From contig CAWGQP010000002.1 in NCBI GenBank assembly GCA_963824855.1, positions 17,858 through 81,857 of the forward strand: 64,000 nt of DNA, given 5' to 3'. Origin of the DNA: an uncultured Nitrospiraceae bacterium (lineage in GTDB: Bacteria > Nitrospirota > Nitrospiria > Nitrospirales > Nitrospiraceae). How positions within the stretch are numbered: the stretch's first letter is position 1; each line of letters starts with the position of its first letter. The notes below the pieces were generated by a model, which did not search any database, was not told the origin of the DNA, and saw only the letters and a list, made by a program, of their open reading frames with translations. The translations under genes and the position numbers were made by a program. Below, in pieces: positions 10,091 through 20,255 of this stretch.

Positions 10091-11467
10091 ATGAGCGAAT
10101 CCCATTCCGACGCTCTCGTCTTCTTTGGAGCCACCGGCGATCTGGCCTACAAGAAAATCTTCCCGTCCCTGCAAAACCTGGTCAAACGCGGCCGCCTCGA
10201 CGTGCCGGTCATCGGTGTCGCCAAAGCCGGCTGGACTCTCGAACAGCTGCGCGCGAGGGCCCGCGATAGCGTCGAGAAACATGGAGGCGTCGATGCGGCG
10301 GCGTTCGAGAAGCTGAGTGCGTTGCTGCGTTACGTGGATGGCGACTATCGAGATCCCGCCACCTTTCAGGCGATCCGCAAGGCACTCAACGGGGCATCAC
10401 GGCCGACTCATTACCTCGCGATCCCGCCGCTCCTGTTCGAGACGGTGATCGAGCAGTTGGCGGAGTCGGGCTCGGCTCATGGCGCTCGGGTCATCATCGA
10501 AAAACCTTTCGGGACCGATCTGAACTCTGCGAAGGAGCTCAACGGCATCCTGCTGAAGAATTTCGATGAAGCGGCGATCTTCCGCATCGATCATTACCTG
10601 GGCAAGCGGCCGGTGCACAACATGCTCTTCTTCCGCTTCTCGAACACGTTTTTGGAGGCGTTCTGGAACCGTCACCTCGTGGAGAGCGTGCAGATCACCA
10701 TGGCTGAAAGCTTCGGCATCCAGGGCCGAGGCGCCTTTTATGACGGCACCGGCACCATTCGGGACGTCGTTCAGAATCATCTGTTCCAGGTCTTGGCCTA
10801 TTTGACCATGGAGCCTCCTGTCAGAACGGATAGCGAGTCGATCAGGGATGAAAAAGTTAAGATACTCCGGGCGATTCCCACGCTTGAACCGGTGGACATC
10901 GTCCGCGGACAGTTTCGCGGGTATCGTCAAGAGAAAGGCGTCGCTTCAGGCTCGCAAATGGAAACCTTCGTCGCACTGCGTCTGCATATCAATTCCTGGC
11001 GCTGGCACGGCGTTCCATTTTATATCCGCGCCGGGAAGTGTCTGCCCGTGACGGGCACGGAAATCATCGTCCGCTTGCGACGGCCTCCGGCCGTGTTTCC
11101 CATGTGCTGTCCCGCGCCGAACTATTTCCGTTTTCGAATCAGCCCGGAGGTGACGATTGCGTTCGGCACAACGGTAATGGACGCCGACGAGAAGATGATC
11201 GGTCAAACCGTGGAAATGGTGGCGAGCCACTGGCCTGGCACGGAGGATACGGACGCCTACGCGCGAGTACTCGGAGACGCGATGGCCGGCGATCCCACGC
11301 TGTTCGCTCGGGAGGACTATGTGGAGGAAGCGTGGCGCATCGTGGATCCTGTCCTGAAGGAGCGCACACCCGTCTACGAATATGACCCGAATACATGGGG
11401 ACCGCATGAAGCAAACCACTTGGTGTCACCGATCGGAGGCTGGCAGGATCCTGTCATGACCAGCTGA
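10091..11467 (+). CDS. zwf: Glucose-6-phosphate 1-dehydrogenase
   Basis: GATGDLA, EKPFG, RIDHYLGK, RDVVQNHL, RWHGVPFYIRAGK. Confidence 0.96.
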   Translation: MSESHSDALVFFGATGDLAYKKIFPSLQNLVKRGRLDVPVIGVAKAGWTLEQLRARARDSVEKHGGVDAAAFEKLSALLRYVDGDYRDPATFQAIRKALNGASRPTHYLAIPPLLFETVIEQLAESGSAHGARVIIEKPFGTDLNSAKELNGILLKNFDEAAIFRIDHYLGKRPVHNMLFFRFSNTFLEAFWNRHLVESVQITMAESFGIQGRGAFYDGTGTIRDVVQNHLFQVLAYLTMEPPVRTDSESIRDEKVKILRAIPTLEPVDIVRGQFRGYRQEKGVASGSQMETFVALRLHINSWRWHGVPFYIRAGKCLPVTGTEIIVRLRRPPAVFPMCCPAPNYFRFRISPEVTIAFGTTVMDADEKMIGQTVEMVASHWPGTEDTDAYARVLGDAMAGDPTLFAREDYVEEAWRIVDPVLKERTPVYEYDPNTWGPHEANHLVSPIGGWQDPVMTS

Positions 11468-11495
11468 TGTGGAACGAAGATGGTCGTTTCTTCGT

Positions 11496-12188
11496 TCATC
11501 TTCGGGATGCCGGTTGTTGATGGTTCGTCCCCAAATTGATCTTCCGAAGGTCCTCTTCAAAAGCTATGAACACCTGTTCGAGGCCTTGATTCCAAGCCAG
11601 CGTGAGCCCATCAGGAGAAGTGTCGGTCACCTCCACCATTTGATGATAGTCGCGTTGAAACAGAATGGCCGTCCGGGTCGGGTTATCTTCGATCAAGACC
11701 ATGCGGATCCCGACGACCGCTTTCCGCCTGTCGTTTTGACGGTAGTCCCCGTAGAGGTCCGTCACCGTTCCCTCCAACCGATGGCTCGCCTCGATGTAGC
11801 TGGACGCCGCCACGACATGTTCGAAGAGCTGGGCATTGATGAGCCAGTTCTGCGCCTGTTGGGTTAGCATCGTGCTGGGTGGCACAAACCACTGATTGTA
11901 GAAATCGGATTCGTACCGTGTGTCGTCCGTCCGATAGACGAGCTCTTGTCCTTGAAACGCAGGTGACACCGCAAATCGCCGCACTTCCAGGACGGTCCCG
12001 GTCGCAGGTGCACCGGCACCCGCTTGCCTGGTCACATCCAGCGCATAGTACTGTCTCTCAGGATTGCTTTTGGCTAAGTTGACACAACTGCTCAGCACCA
12101 GGAGCCCCAGAAGAAGCACCCCGTTCACTGAGACGAGGAATCTGCGGGACCTACCGCCTTCCGGATTTCGCATGAGATGGTGGTTCAC
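11496..12188 (-). CDS. ABC transport auxiliary lipoprotein (PqiC-like)
   Basis: Lipobox LSSC, YYALD, LVYR...YESDFYNQW..PP; last gene of the MCE operon; start approximate. Confidence 0.8.
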   Translation of the reverse strand: MNHHLMRNPEGGRSRRFLVSVNGVLLLGLLVLSSCVNLAKSNPERQYYALDVTRQAGAGAPATGTVLEVRRFAVSPAFQGQELVYRTDDTRYESDFYNQWFVPPSTMLTQQAQNWLINAQLFEHVVAASSYIEASHRLEGTVTDLYGDYRQNDRRKAVVGIRMVLIEDNPTRTAILFQRDYHQMVEVTDTSPDGLTLAWNQGLEQVFIAFEEDLRKINLGTNHQQPASRR

Positions 12189-13137
12189 CCAAGATCACTT
12201 GAGATGGATATCGCTTGGCATTCGTCATCAATTCCCTGAGGTCTGCTGACACGACGCGAAGATTCGCGAGAATTTCGTCGATGTCTTGGCTTTTGCCGGC
12301 AATGAGATGGTCCACCCGCCGGACCGTACTATCCAGTCGCATTACAGTGCCGGGCAATTGCTTCGACGCGAGTGACAGTTCTGAGGCTGTTGCCGCCGCA
12401 TCGGACAGGATCTTCTGGATGTTGGGGTTGCTCAGGAGACTCCGAGCTTGGTGGAGTGCCCCCTGCACCTCAGCCATCGCCTGTCCGGCCTGGGCACTCA
12501 GCTGCTTCATATCTGTGTCATCCGCCACTCTAGTCAGTGACAAGATCAGCCTGTCCAAATCAGCCGTGACCTTATGGACCTGTGCCTGCTCTAAGTCCTT
12601 GGCAATCTTGTTCAAGGCTACGCCGAGGACGGTGACGGTGCTGCGTCCGGAAGGCACGTAGAGTGTTTTGGGCGTCCATGCGATGTCGAGGGGCGGATAG
12701 TCTTTGGGATCATAGTAATCGGCTTCCAGGAAGACCACGCCGGTCACCCCTTGTGACGTCAGCCGAACCCTGAGACCATTCTCAACCCGCCGCACGAGTT
12801 CTGTCCGCCTTTCCTCTTCCGACCGCCCCGGAAACAGGTCTTTGATGCCAACTCGCACCAGAATATAGGTTCCGTAGCGAAATCGGTCTTCTTCGCTGAG
12901 GTTGTTGTACTCATTTCTCAGGAATCCGATATGCTCGACGCTTCCGATCGTCACACCCCGAAATCTGAGCGGAGCGCCGATGCTAAGTCCCTGCACGGAT
13001 TCATCGAAATAGCTTTCAACCCATATTTTCTCTTCGAAGAGCGAACCGACACCGAGGACAATCACCGCAAGCACCGCAAGAAGGATGCCGACGACTGTAA
13101 ACACGCCGATCTTGAAGTAGTGAGCTTTGGCGCTCAT
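12151..13137 (-). CDS. mlaD: MCE/MlaD family substrate-binding protein
   Basis: N-terminal TM; ESVQGLSIGAPLRFRGVTIGSV MCE motif; long helical C-terminus. Confidence 0.88.
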   Translation of the reverse strand: MSAKAHYFKIGVFTVVGILLAVLAVIVLGVGSLFEEKIWVESYFDESVQGLSIGAPLRFRGVTIGSVEHIGFLRNEYNNLSEEDRFRYGTYILVRVGIKDLFPGRSEEERRTELVRRVENGLRVRLTSQGVTGVVFLEADYYDPKDYPPLDIAWTPKTLYVPSGRSTVTVLGVALNKIAKDLEQAQVHKVTADLDRLILSLTRVADDTDMKQLSAQAGQAMAEVQGALHQARSLLSNPNIQKILSDAAATASELSLASKQLPGTVMRLDSTVRRVDHLIAGKSQDIDEILANLRVVSADLRELMTNAKRYPSQVILGEPPSHAKSGRR

Positions 13138-13958
13138 GGGTGTGTTCCTTTAACAGTTTCGCCCGTGGCCTTGCCCGTTCCCGTCGATGCTTCGCGGTTA
13201 AAGAATTGCGTCACCCACGGATTCGTCGAGTGTTCGCGCAGTTCCTGAGGCCGTCCCGTCGCCACGATCTTTTTGACCCGCTTGTCCAACATGATCGCCC
13301 GATCGGCAATGGTGTAAATGCTCGCCAACTCATGCGTCACCACCACAAACGTCACCGCGAGATTGCGGGCAAGGCCGAGAATCAACTGGTCCAAGTCCGC
13401 CGAGGTGATCGGATCGAGGCCGGCGGATGGCTCATCGAGAAAGAGAATCGCCGGTTCCAGCGCCATGGCCCGCGCGATCGCCGCCCGCTTTTGCATGCCT
13501 CCGCTGATCTCGGAGGGCATGTAGTCCGTGAAGCCTTCCAACCCCACCAATTTCAACTTCATCAGCGCGATGAGATTCATCGCCTCGAGCGGAAGATCGG
13601 TGAACTCCTCTAACGGCAAACGGACATTTTCCAGGAGGGTCATGGACCCGAAGAGCGCGCCCATTTGATACATGACGCCGATGTTCCTGAGGATCTTGGT
13701 GCGTTGCTCTCCCTCGGCCGTGACGATGTCCTCGTCTTGAATCAGAATGCGGCCCGTGACCGGCTGATGGAGGCCGATCATATGTTTCAGCAACGTGCTT
13801 TTCCCGGATCCAGACCCGCCCAGAATGACGAACACTTCGCCACGATAGACCTCAAAAGAAATGTCGTCGATCACCACCGAGCCCTCGAACCCCGCGGTCA
13901 TGTGCTGGACCCTGATGATGGGATCCTGTGTGGTCTGCATGTCGTTCACGGGCATCAC
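13134..13958 (-). CDS. mlaF: MlaF-like ABC ATP-binding protein
   Basis: Walker A GGSGSGKS, ISGGMQKR signature, DEPSAGLDPI. Confidence 0.9.
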   Translation of the reverse strand: MMPVNDMQTTQDPIIRVQHMTAGFEGSVVIDDISFEVYRGEVFVILGGSGSGKSTLLKHMIGLHQPVTGRILIQDEDIVTAEGEQRTKILRNIGVMYQMGALFGSMTLLENVRLPLEEFTDLPLEAMNLIALMKLKLVGLEGFTDYMPSEISGGMQKRAAIARAMALEPAILFLDEPSAGLDPITSADLDQLILGLARNLAVTFVVVTHELASIYTIADRAIMLDKRVKKIVATGRPQELREHSTNPWVTQFFNREASTGTGKATGETVKGTHP

Positions 13959-15103
13959 ACACCCAATGCATAGTAGAGGACAGCAAACATCCCATCGACG
14001 ATCGCGATCAGCACGATGCCGCTCACGACGGCACTGGTGGTGGATTGGCCCACCCCGCTGGCGTCCGACGTCGTCTGAAGGCCGCGCAAGCAGCCGATGC
14101 CGGCCACCACGATGCCGTACACCAAGGACTTGACCAGCCCGCCGAGGAAGTCCCCTACGGTCACCGCCGAGAGGATCTGGTTGACATAGGTGATCAGCGG
14201 AAACCCCATCGACACCATCACCAGTGCCCCTCCAATCAAACCAAACAGATTCGCGAACACGCTCAGGATGGGGGTCATGCTTACCGCCGCCAGGACGCGA
14301 GGCACCACGAGAAATCGAACCGGTTCAAGCCCCATCGTGACGAGGGCATCGATCTCTTCCCTCACCTTCATGGTGCCGAGCTCGGCGGCGAATGCCGACC
14401 CCGACCGGCCGGCCAGCACAATGGCGGTGATCAGGGGACCCATCTCTCGAAGCATCGAGACGCCAACGAGGTTCGCGACGAAGATCTCCGCCCCGAAGCG
14501 GCGCATCGGAATCGCCGACTGAAACGCCAGGATGAGTCCGAGCAGAAACCCAACCAACGCAATGATGGGGAGTGCGTCAACGCCAGCCCGTTCCGCACTG
14601 AGCCAGGCATCCGACCATCGAACCAGGCGTGGATGCCGAGCGGCACGCAACAGCATCGCCATCAACTCACCGACGAAGGTCAACAGGACCTGAACGTCTT
14701 GCCAGATCCCGATCGTAAAGTGGCCAATTTGTTCAACGAGCGAGAGCGACTCGCGCTGTTTTCCGGTCGTCCTCTCGATTGGGATGTGTCCATAGAGATC
14801 AAGGAGACGGCGGAACTCCTCTTTGAGCCCCCGAATCGTCACCTGCCCCCCGATTCCAGCCTGGTGCTGCTGAAGTTTGACGAAGAAGGCGACACCAGCC
14901 CCGTCACAGTAGTTCACAGCCGAGGCATCGATGACGACCTGGACCGGTTTGGACTGCTCGAGGACGTGCAGGGCTTGCCTCCACAACCGGCCGGTGGAAT
15001 TCGTATCTATGTCTCCAGTGATGAGGAGTGTCAGGGTCGTTCGATCGGGCGAGAGCCGAGTCTCAAGCGAGCCGGTTGGATGAACAGCAGCGACACGGGT
15101 CAT
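13955..15103 (-). CDS. mlaE: MlaE-like permease with N-terminal STAS domain
   Basis: STAS (YCDGAGV), REMGPLITAIVLAGRSGSAFAAELGTMKV.EEIDAL. Confidence 0.9.
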   Translation of the reverse strand: MTRVAAVHPTGSLETRLSPDRTTLTLLITGDIDTNSTGRLWRQALHVLEQSKPVQVVIDASAVNYCDGAGVAFFVKLQQHQAGIGGQVTIRGLKEEFRRLLDLYGHIPIERTTGKQRESLSLVEQIGHFTIGIWQDVQVLLTFVGELMAMLLRAARHPRLVRWSDAWLSAERAGVDALPIIALVGFLLGLILAFQSAIPMRRFGAEIFVANLVGVSMLREMGPLITAIVLAGRSGSAFAAELGTMKVREEIDALVTMGLEPVRFLVVPRVLAAVSMTPILSVFANLFGLIGGALVMVSMGFPLITYVNQILSAVTVGDFLGGLVKSLVYGIVVAGIGCLRGLQTTSDASGVGQSTTSAVVSGIVLIAIVDGMFAVLYYALGV

Positions 15104-15160
15104 GACAGCAGACCATATTGATAGGACGAACTAGCTTTCCATCACCACAGAACGCGCCCC

Positions 15161-15592
15161 TTATTTCATCTTCGTCATCTCAACATAATAATGATTGCCA
15201 TCATTGAGTGCGGCTTCGAGCACCAACACCGACTTGCCGGCCTTATCATGAAGCGTCATGGTGCCGGTCCCTCTGCCACTGGTTCCCGAAACTTGGCCGT
15301 TAAGAATCGTGAGGATGCCGGTCCCTAAGAATAATCCCGATCCCGATCCTTGATCGCTGATGAAGTTAAAGTGGCCGTTCTCATTGATGATCATCAGGAC
15401 TTGCGCATGGTCCCGCATATCCGGCATCCGTTTGCTCAATCCTTCCCATTTGCCGGCCACCTGCGTAAACGTGGTAATGGGAACGATCTTCGATTCAGAC
15501 CGGGTCTGCATAGTCCCGCAGCCGAAGACCACTGCGGCACACAATGCCAGCGTGAAGATCATCAGTCCTTTCATCACATTCACCATTGTCAT
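15161..15592 (-). CDS. Hypothetical lipoprotein
   Basis: Lipobox VFGC; beta-rich mature region (VAGKWEG); adjacent to the OM factor stop codon. Confidence 0.6.
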   Translation of the reverse strand: MTMVNVMKGLMIFTLALCAAVVFGCGTMQTRSESKIVPITTFTQVAGKWEGLSKRMPDMRDHAQVLMIINENGHFNFISDQGSGSGLFLGTGILTILNGQVSGTSGRGTGTMTLHDKAGKSVLVLEAALNDGNHYYVEMTKMK

Positions 15593-15593
15593 T

Positions 15594-17036
15594 CTATTGA
15601 GCGCCAGTTGGGCCATACATCGCTGTTTTCTCCGTGGCCGGCGTCGGCGACCATCCTCCGCCCAGGGCTTTGTAGAGTTGGACGACCGACACGAGATGCA
15701 GTCGGCGCGTGGAGGCCAGCGAGAGTTCGGCGTCGAAGAGGTTGCGCTGCGCAATGAGCACGTCCAGATAATTGGCAATCCCCCCGGTGTAGCGCAGATT
15801 CGCCACATGCAGCGCGGACTGCAGCGCCTTGACTTGCTTTCCTTGTGCCGTCACCTGTTCAACGGCAGTCGTCACCGCCACCAACGCATCTTCCACTTCT
15901 CTAAAGGCAGTGAGGATCGTCTGCTCATATTGTGCGACCGCCTGGCCCGTTTGGGCTTCCGACGCCTCCTGTTGAAACCCCAACACCTGCGCATTGAAGA
16001 GCGGACCGGCCACGCTGGCCCCTGCCACCCCGAAGAAGGTTTCGTTGTTCACAAGTTTGTTCAACTGGGGACTGGCAATACCCAGAATGCCGGTGATGCT
16101 GAGCTTGGGAAACCGGTCGGCCTTGGCCTGTCCAATCCTCGCGGTGGCGGCGGCCAACTGTTGCTCCGCTTGGATGACATCCGGACGGCGTTGGAGCAGC
16201 TCGGAGGGAAGACCAGCTGGGATGAGCGGCGGCATCACCTGTTCGGTCAGGGCACGCCCTCTGGTGATGTGCGTGGGATTTCTCCCGAGCAAGACGCTGA
16301 TCTCGTTTTCCTTCTGGACCATCTGGCGCTTCAACTCGGCGATCCGAGCCGCAGCGTTCGCCTGCTCGGCTTCGAACTGATCGACATCCAGTTGGTTGAT
16401 GTAGCCCACGCGGAAGCGCGCCTTTGCGAGCTTCACGGACTCATCCCACGCCCGCAGCGTCCGCGTGGCGATTTCGAGCTGCATGTCGAACTGACGGAGT
16501 TCGAAATAAGCTTGCGCCACTCCGCCCACGATTTGGAGGATAATCGCTCTGCGATTCTCTTCCCGGGCGAGCAAGTCCCCGAGTGCGGCCTCATTGGATC
16601 GGCGGATCCGTCCCCAGATATCGAGTTCCCAGGCGAGATTGCCCTGAATATAATAGTTGAACGGGTTGGGGAACCCTGGGAACTGGACATTTCTGGTGTT
16701 GCCGAAGCCCGGCGCGTTGACCGTCGCGTTCATCTGCGGCAAAAAATCGGTCTTGGCGACGAGCATCCGCGCGGCAAATTCGTCCACGCTCGCCACCGCC
16801 CGTTTGAGATCTTTGTTTTCGTCCAGCGCGATGCGAATCAATCGTTGGAGTTCTTCATCACGATAGAGTTCCCACCACGGCACATTGGCCAGAGACTGCA
16901 CGTCTTTTTGTTCCTCGGCCATACGGAATGCGTCGGACACGGGAATGTCTGGGCGGGCATAGTCGGGCCCCAAGCGACAGGAAATGAGCACCAACAGCAG
17001 CCCCGACAGCAGTAAGCGGTGGATGATGGAAGACAT
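15594..17036 (-). CDS. RND efflux outer-membrane lipoprotein (OprM/NodT family)
   Basis: LISCRLGPDYARP, WELDIWGRIRR, LPSELLQRRPDV, LYKALGGGW. Confidence 0.93.
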   Translation of the reverse strand: MSSIIHRLLLSGLLLVLISCRLGPDYARPDIPVSDAFRMAEEQKDVQSLANVPWWELYRDEELQRLIRIALDENKDLKRAVASVDEFAARMLVAKTDFLPQMNATVNAPGFGNTRNVQFPGFPNPFNYYIQGNLAWELDIWGRIRRSNEAALGDLLAREENRRAIILQIVGGVAQAYFELRQFDMQLEIATRTLRAWDESVKLAKARFRVGYINQLDVDQFEAEQANAAARIAELKRQMVQKENEISVLLGRNPTHITRGRALTEQVMPPLIPAGLPSELLQRRPDVIQAEQQLAAATARIGQAKADRFPKLSITGILGIASPQLNKLVNNETFFGVAGASVAGPLFNAQVLGFQQEASEAQTGQAVAQYEQTILTAFREVEDALVAVTTAVEQVTAQGKQVKALQSALHVANLRYTGGIANYLDVLIAQRNLFDAELSLASTRRLHLVSVVQLYKALGGGWSPTPATEKTAMYGPTGAQ

Positions 17037-17075
17037 ATTCCTCACCTCCCGGTTCGCCCCAGAGGGAAGAATCGG

Positions 17076-20000
17076 TCAGACGGTCTTCTCGGCGACAGGC
17101 CTCTCGGGGGGCACTGCCGGCGGCTCGACCACCGCCACGCCGGTGACCCACTGGTTCATTTTTCCGATGAGCACAAAGAACAGGGGCACGAAAAAGATGG
17201 CGAGGAATGTCGCCGCCAGCATGCCGCCCAGCACCCCGGTGCCAATCGATCGGCGACTGGCGGCGCCCGCACCGCTGGCGATCACCAGCGGCAGGACGCC
17301 GAGAATGAAGGCCATCGAGGTCATGATAATGGGACGGAAGCGCAGCCGGGCGGCCTCGATGGCGGACTCGATCAGCGGGCGGCCCTGGTGGTATTGCTGG
17401 CTCGCAAATTCGACGATCAGAATCGCATTCTTCGCCGACAGTCCGATCAGCGTGACGAGCCCGATCTGGAAGTAGATGTCGTTATTCATGCCGCGCAACC
17501 ACACCGCCGACAAGGCGCCAAAGACCCCGAAGGGCACCGCGAGGATCACGCCAAAGGGCACCGTCCAACTTTCGTACTGCGCCGCGAGGACCAGAAATAC
17601 CATCAGGAGACCAAACGCGAATGCGAGAACCGATTGGGTGCCCGCCTTCCGTTCCTGGAAAGAAATCCCGCTCCAGTCAATTCGATACCCCTGCGGCACC
17701 AATACCTCCTCTGCCACCCGCTGAAGCGCGTCCAGCGTTTGTCCCGAACTGGAGCCCGGACTCGAGGCGCCGAGGACCAGGGCCGTATTGAATCCATTGA
17801 AATGCGTCACCGGATCGGGGCCGCTCGTCGATTCGGTGCTCACCACCGTGTCGAGCGGAATCATCGCATGGCCTTGGCCCTGACCATTCGTCGCTCGGAC
17901 ATAAATTTTGGAAATGTCCTGCGGCGCCGAGCGATATTGGGCTTCCGCTTCGGTTTGCACCCGATACACACGCCCAAATTTCACGAAGTCGTTGATATAG
18001 AAATTCCCGAAGTAGGCTTGCATCGTATCGAAGACTTCCGAGATCGGGACCCCGAGGGCTTTGGCACGGTCGCGGTTGATCGTGGCGTACAGTCGAGGTG
18101 CGGTCACCCGAAAGCTGGTGCTGATGCCGCCGATCGCCGGGTCTTGCTTGGCCTTGGCCACGAACTCCTTGGTTACGGCTGCAAATTTCTTGAAATCCCC
18201 GCCGCTCGGATCCTGGATCTGGACGGAGAACCCGCCCGTCGCTCCGAGTCCGCGAATAGACGGAGGGTTGAAGGCCAACACGACCGCGTCGCGGAATTTT
18301 CCGAATTCTTTGAAGGCCCCAGCAATCAGCGCCTTCGCATGCAGTTGCGGGTCCTTCCGTTCATCCCATGGCATCAGCGGCACGAAGGTCGTCGCCATGT
18401 AGGTCCCCCGGGTATTGAAGACGAAATTCTGACCGACCAGTGCATTTGTGCCGTATACGGCCGGACTCGAGAGAAAAAATCCTTCGACTTTGTCCATCAC
18501 GGCGAGGGTCCGTTTCTTCGAGGCCCCATCAGGAAGCTGAGCGACCGCGATGATATAACCTTGGTCCTCGTCAGGCAAAAAACCCGAGGGGGTGACACGG
18601 AACAGCGTCAGTGCCAGAAACCCGACAATGCCGAACAAGGCGAGAGAGAGGATCGAGCGGGCGATCGTGTGGCCGACGGCCCCGGCGTAGCGCGTTTGGG
18701 CCCACACGAAGAATCGATTGAAGTACGCAAAAAATCCTTTCCTCGAGCTATGACGCGGTTTGAGAATCAAGGCGCACAGGGCCGGGCTCAGCGTCAACGC
18801 CACGAAGCCGGAGATCATGACGGAGATCGCGATGGTGATCGCGAATTGCTTGTACAGCTGGCCGGTAATGCCGCCTAAGAATCCCACCGGGACAAAGACC
18901 GCGCAGAGGACCAGCACGATGGCAATCACCGGGCCGGTCACTTCCTCCATGGCCTTTTTCGCGGCTTCCTTGGGCGACAGGCCGTCTTCGATGTGACGCT
19001 CGACGTTCTCGACCACGACGATGGCGTCGTCCACCACGATGCCGATCGCCAGAATCATGCCGAACAGCGTCAGCGTATTAATGGAGAAGCCCAGCGCAGA
19101 CATGCCGGCAAATGTCCCGATGAGCGAGACGGGCACTGCCACCGCCGGGATCAGCGTCGCACGCCAGGACTGTAAAAAAAGATACACGACGAGGATGACC
19201 AGGATCATCGCATCGCGCAAGGTCTTGATCACCTCTTCAATCGATACCTCGATAAATCGCGTCGTGTCATAGGGGACGTCGTACGAGACCCCCGGTGGGA
19301 AGGTCTTCGAGAGTTCATCCATCCGCTGGCGCACTTGTCTGATGGTGTCGAGGGCGTTAAACCCCGGCGCCAGAAACGTCACGAGCAGGGCCGTGGGTTT
19401 TCCCTTGTACCGCCCCTCCAAGTCGTACGATTGCGCGCCGAGTTCAATCCTGGCCACATCTTTCAGACGAATCATCGACCCGTTCGGGAGCGCCCGGACG
19501 ATCATCTCCTCGAAGTCCTTCACCTCCGTCAGACGGCCACGCGTAATGATCGGAATCGTGAGCTCGTTCTGTTGCGGCGTGGGCTCCCGCCCGATCAAGC
19601 CTGCCGGAAAGTCCCGGTTCTGTTCCCGGACGACGTTGACGATGTCGCTGGGAGTGAGATTGAGTTGCGCCATGCGCACCGAGTCGAGGACCACCCGCAT
19701 GCTGTAGTTCTGCTGTCCGAAGATATAGGCGTCGCCCACGCCAGGGATACGCTTGATGTCGTCGACGAGACGGACCGTCGCATAGTTGGCGAGAAAAAAC
19801 GCATCGTACTTGGGATCGGTCGATTGCAAGATCAAGACGCCCAAGAGATCGGTGGAGAGTTTCTTCACCGTGACGCCCTGACGAATGACTTCCGGCGGGA
19901 GTTGAGGCTCTGCCAGCTTCTCCCGGTTCTGGGCCTGGACCTGCGCGATGTCGATGTTGGTGCTGATCTCGAACGTCAGCCGGAGGGTCATGTGGCCGTC

Positions 20001-20255
20001 ATTGGTGCTGGTCGAGTCGTAGTAGAGGAGATTGTCGATGCCGGGAATCTGCAGCTCAATGACGCGGGCAACGGAATCGGCCACGGTCTCAGCGCTGGCA
20101 CCGGGGTAATCGGCGTCGATCTGGACGACAGGAGGCGTTATCTGGGGAAACTGCGCGATGGGCAGGGTCACCATTGCCACGAGGCCGATCACCACGATCA
20201 CGATCGAGAGGACCGAGGCAAAGATCGGCCGGTCGATGAAAAACCGCGGGCTCAT
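17076..20255 (-). CDS. RND efflux permease (AcrB/HAE1 family)
   Basis: FFIDRPIFASV, GIVVDDAIVVVENVER, KNAILIVEFA, RFRPIIMTS. Confidence 0.96.
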   Translation of the reverse strand: MSPRFFIDRPIFASVLSIVIVVIGLVAMVTLPIAQFPQITPPVVQIDADYPGASAETVADSVARVIELQIPGIDNLLYYDSTSTNDGHMTLRLTFEISTNIDIAQVQAQNREKLAEPQLPPEVIRQGVTVKKLSTDLLGVLILQSTDPKYDAFFLANYATVRLVDDIKRIPGVGDAYIFGQQNYSMRVVLDSVRMAQLNLTPSDIVNVVREQNRDFPAGLIGREPTPQQNELTIPIITRGRLTEVKDFEEMIVRALPNGSMIRLKDVARIELGAQSYDLEGRYKGKPTALLVTFLAPGFNALDTIRQVRQRMDELSKTFPPGVSYDVPYDTTRFIEVSIEEVIKTLRDAMILVILVVYLFLQSWRATLIPAVAVPVSLIGTFAGMSALGFSINTLTLFGMILAIGIVVDDAIVVVENVERHIEDGLSPKEAAKKAMEEVTGPVIAIVLVLCAVFVPVGFLGGITGQLYKQFAITIAISVMISGFVALTLSPALCALILKPRHSSRKGFFAYFNRFFVWAQTRYAGAVGHTIARSILSLALFGIVGFLALTLFRVTPSGFLPDEDQGYIIAVAQLPDGASKKRTLAVMDKVEGFFLSSPAVYGTNALVGQNFVFNTRGTYMATTFVPLMPWDERKDPQLHAKALIAGAFKEFGKFRDAVVLAFNPPSIRGLGATGGFSVQIQDPSGGDFKKFAAVTKEFVAKAKQDPAIGGISTSFRVTAPRLYATINRDRAKALGVPISEVFDTMQAYFGNFYINDFVKFGRVYRVQTEAEAQYRSAPQDISKIYVRATNGQGQGHAMIPLDTVVSTESTSGPDPVTHFNGFNTALVLGASSPGSSSGQTLDALQRVAEEVLVPQGYRIDWSGISFQERKAGTQSVLAFAFGLLMVFLVLAAQYESWTVPFGVILAVPFGVFGALSAVWLRGMNNDIYFQIGLVTLIGLSAKNAILIVEFASQQYHQGRPLIESAIEAARLRFRPIIMTSMAFILGVLPLVIASGAGAASRRSIGTGVLGGMLAATFLAIFFVPLFFVLIGKMNQWVTGVAVVEPPAVPPERPVAEKTV

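Noticed and set aside
15360-18878. Long + strand ORFs of 551 and 619 aa
   Set aside because: Antisense shadows of the RND operon, typical of high-GC DNA
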